DNA of 64,000 nucleotides from Eledone cirrhosa. Lineage: Eukaryota. Positions 59,774-64,000 of this stretch are shown piece by piece. The stretch spans positions 47,802,001 to 47,866,000 of the forward strand of contig OZ024746.1 of assembly GCA_964016885.1 (NCBI GenBank), read 5' to 3'. The translations under genes and the position numbers were made by a program. The notes beneath the pieces were generated by a model. The model was not told the DNA's origin. It saw only the letters and a program-made list of their open reading frames with translations, and did no database searches. Every line of letters begins with the position of its first letter. Positions within the stretch are counted from its first letter, which is position 1.

Positions 59774-60309
59774 TGTAATGGTTCATTCAGTGAGTAAAAC
59801 ATTAGACAACTGTGCTTATCATCTGTTTAGATCCGCCACATACGTTCTGCAGTGTCACTAGGAAAGCGCCCTTTATTCTATATTTCCACTGTTAATGTTA
59901 GCCTGTGTGAATAGGCAACATAATTTCATACCTGCGATAGACTGGCGTCTGTTAGCAGGAGTGAAATTTCATCGGTTCTATACGAAGTAAGAGGAAGTAT
60001 CACTGAAATTTGGGGGTCTACAGAGTGTTTGTTGGTTGATGGGTATTGAAAATAAAGTGAAATCTTATTAAATATTTTCTAGTCGTGGCAGAGAATATCT
60101 TGTTAGTAAACTATATTATTAGACGAATTAATTAAAGTGCCTTACACAAGAACAAAATACAATGTCAAACGACACCGCAAAGTATGCCAGTCTTTTAAGC
60201 TAAAACTGATGTAAAATTGTTGGTGTAAAAAAAAAATATATATATACATGTGTGCGTGTGTGTGTGTGCATGTATATATGTGTATATGTATGTATATTTG
60301 CACACACGT

Positions 60310-60348
<39 letters not shown>

Positions 60349-60452
60349 GATTGTAACTTTCAGTTAGTGTAGGTTCACCTGAGTGAGCACTCAATGCGTA
60401 GTTTCCAATAGTAGGGATATTGGTGTAGTACTAAGCAGAGTGTAATACTTTA

Positions 60453-60563
<111 letters not shown>

Positions 60564-60565
60564 TG

Positions 60566-60655
<90 letters not shown>

Positions 60656-61018
60656 AGGATACCAGGTAACGATACTTTAGTGTTAGCTGGTAACATTGAA
60701 CTTGAAACGTGCCTCGACATTAATAAAATCATTAAAAGTATTATCTTTTGTTGTTACTTGAATTGAGCTTTATCGCATTGGTAATGAATGGGTCTCATAC
60801 ACATATTTATTCATCTCCTATATATATATATAAATTAATAAAAATAATGAATAAAAACAAAGAAACAGTTCCTTATATTAAAAAATTCATCATTTTACGA
60901 TCGTTTCTAGGATATATATGTGTGTGTTGGTATGTATATCATATAGATCTATGTAAAAATTTTACAAACTATCAGAGGGAATATACATACCTACACATAT
61001 ATATGCTGTCTTCAGAAA

Positions 61019-61119
<101 letters not shown>

Positions 61120-61278
61120 ACACACACACACAGACACATATATATATATAGGTATTAGAGGTGCAAATTAATTGCGTCCATAGGCAGTATGCCGATATGA
61201 GTACTCGATGCTCGTGGGGAGAAGAGTATCAATAATAATAATATGTAAGGGAACAAAGAATCATATACATATTTAATT

Positions 61279-61370
61279 ACATATTACATATGTTTCACTG
61301 CCAATCAGCTCGAGGAACTCTCGATTAATCATCGATACTGACTCTGGAATCGGAGGCTCCTCAGATATGT
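61279..61370 (-). ncRNA. Type I hammerhead (family C) inside fold-back element 61150-61505; degenerate copy about 38805-38895(+)
   Basis: Stem I ACATAT/ATATGT, CTGAGGA, imperfect long stem II, GAAA, palindromic ACATATGT, GUA site. Confidence 0.75.
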
Positions 61371-61503
61371 GTTCACATGTAGACTTGCACCTAAGAGTCT
61401 ACACGTGAGCACATATCGATCGTTCCTCGAGCTGATCGACAGTGAAACATATGTAATAGGTAATTAAATATGGATATGATGCGACACTGATTCTTTGTTC
61501 TCT

Positions 61504-61613
<110 letters not shown>

Positions 61614-61615
61614 TA

Positions 61616-61650
<35 letters not shown>

Positions 61651-61657
<7 letters not shown>

Positions 61658-61843
61658 TATAGAAATACCTTCTACAGGAATAGAACTGTTTCATTCGAAG
61701 TCATCAGGAAAGCCGTGATGATATATTTCGAATGAAACAGTTCTAGTCATGTAGAAGCCATTTCTATAGAAAATTTGATGTTTGCACTCTGCTAATGTAT
61801 TGAGTACCTTACTTACTGTGGTTACCCCCGATTGAACCCGGGA

Positions 61844-61847
<4 letters not shown>
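61651..61847. mobile_element. Fold-back element family B: back-to-back hammerhead motifs plus tail
   Basis: Minus CTGATGA..GAAACAG..CTGTA GAAG and plus GTGATGA..GAAACAG..ATGTA GAAGCC; tail is the reverse complement of 30877-30925. Confidence 0.75.
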
Positions 61848-61927
<80 letters not shown>

Positions 61928-62105
61928 ACGAAGGAAATGTGGTAAGGAACCAGGTGGACCATAACGCACCAAAGTACTCAATACTTAGGGTAGTAGAGTG
62001 GGTAAAAGGAACCAGTAAGACCCCGACGGCTGAGCTCAAGCCGTTTCGACGTCCAGAATTAGCCGTCGAAACGGCTTGAGCTCGGCCGTCGGGGTCTTAC
62101 TGGTT

Positions 62106-62142
<37 letters not shown>

Positions 62143-63008
62143 GCACGCGCATATATATATATATACATATGTGTGTGTGTGGAGAGAGAGAGAGAGGGGG
62201 GGGAGAGTGTAGGAGAGAAAGAAAGAATACATTGAAAATGTTTGACTATTGAAACGAACGTTTATAGCATAATAATACAAGCAGCTACTGAATTAGCAAT
62301 TGGAGCAACAATGAAATTAGTTTCTTTAGAAACCATATATAGTTGGAGATAAGGGAATATGGGGTCGGTAGATCGTCGGATAGAATGCTTTGCGGTATCA
62401 ATTTCGGCTCTCTTCTCTCTGAGGTCAAATGCCATCGATGTGAACTTTGCCTTTAATCCATTTGAGGTCAATAAAAAGAGTACCAATTCAGTTCTGGGAT
62501 CGATTCTTCCTCAATATATCTTTCTCACCCCCCCCCCCCTCTCTCTCTCTCACAATCCTTCTCTGGAAGTGCGATGGGCTACGCCAGGCTTAAAATGCCC
62601 AACAAACGCTGTATACCAGGCATGTCAAACATGTGGCCCACGGGCTTTATGCAGCCCTTTACAAGCACACCTGCGGTCCGCACAAAGGTTTTTTACAACG
62701 GAGCATATTTTATCTTCGTAATATAAAATTACAAAAATGTGTTGTAATGTGCACAATTAGTTGTCGTGTGTGGCCCTCAGACAACACATATGTGACCCAT
62801 TCGGCCCTGTTGTGTACCACTGCGATACCCCTATAACTCCACCAGGAGTTACGGGACCATACAATACCATACCACTAGCGGAAAATAGTTTTGATTTCTT
62901 GATTTACTGAATATGTTAATGGGGTCTTTAAACGAATTGTCCGTTAATCCCATATACTTCTAAATGAATTGATGATATATAGTTGGACTGCAGTGTAATA
63001 CATCAGAG

Positions 63009-63338
63009 CAGAGGTTCTCAATGTGGGTGCTACCGCTCCCGGGCGTTAAGAAGGTCCTGGGGCCTAAGGGGGTGGTAGGGGTGTCGGTAGAGATGATATA
63101 ATAGTATATTAAATATCTAATGATGCATATATATAAATATAGTAAAATAAAAAATATATAACATTTATTTATACATAGTAGATATTACATTATTTATTAT
63201 ATATAAATTAACGATTTTATTTATTTTATATTATTTACAATTTTCATGTAGGCAGGTCTCTCTGGAAATATGAGGTGGGGTGTTGCTGATATTACGTGGC
63301 CGTGAGGGGCGGTGACCCAAGACGTTTGAGAACCTCTG
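63009..63338. mobile_element. hAT MITE, copy 2
   Basis: TIRs CAGAGGTTCTCAA/TTGAGAACCTCTG; 8-bp TSD CATCAGAG/CATTAGAG. Confidence 0.88.
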
Positions 63339-64000
63339 CATTAGAGCTTTCGAAAGGTAGTTGTTTCGGGCATGCAATTATAGGTGTGAACAGAGATAAT
63401 ATAATAAGATTTGGGGAGATATTTCGAATATAAATAGTTAACTGACCAGGTAAAGCTTATTTTAGTCGAATTTCTATAATAAATCATATCTAAAAATTTG
63501 CAGAAAATTGAAAGAGATTGAACATATTTCTAGTGGTGTGTTTTAACATTTAAAATAAATTTCGTATTATACGGTAAGATATTTCTTGGTCTATTTTAAC
63601 GGTTGTTAATATTCGTGCAGTTAGTATGTTGTATTACATTTTTCAAGCCATTATTATGAAGAAGTTCATAGTGATGCACGCAATACCCTCAACGATTGTA
63701 GTCTCAAAGACAGTTTCGATATATGTTTGTTGTCGACTATATTGTATGTCGAATTCTTATTTATATAAAATAATCTAGCATTGAGTTTTCCGTAAAGATA
63801 GAATTTCTTTCTTTCTAAATTCAAAGTAATACTAAAAATTTAATGCTGAAGTTCGTGTCAGCGGTAATTCTTAAAGTTATTTCGCTGAAAAGTATTATGA
63901 GGTCTTTCCTAAATTAAAATTACAACACCAACTCTGTATAAGCCTTTTGCTTTATGAAATAGGACTAAAATATAGATTTCACTAATTGCTCATAAGTCAG

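Overview
Eukaryotic, AT-rich, microsatellite-dense DNA whose SINE content points to an octopus or other coleoid cephalopod (inference). The window holds the last 11 coding exons (+ strand, 1715-47737) of an SLC6 monoamine transporter most like the serotonin transporter (SERT/SLC6A4). All introns are GT-AG, phases are consistent, and the exons splice into about 472 aa from TM3 to the stop; the TM1-2 exons lie upstream of the window. The protein has unusual binding-site residues (human S438 equivalent is Thr; A169/I172 equivalents are Ser/Val). Introns and the 3' flank are full of mobile DNA: tRNA-derived SINEs, hAT and mariner MITEs, Tx1 and RTE LINE ends, and many Penelope-like (GIY-YIG) remnants. 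The most striking unannotated signal is about six sequence families of type I hammerhead ribozyme motifs. They sit in fold-back (inverted-repeat) elements inserted in (TA)n arrays, several share a short tail motif, and one forms a 2.3-kb inverted repeat inside an intron. Most ORFs in the supplied track are microsatellite artefacts. All structures were read by eye; nothing was computed or searched.
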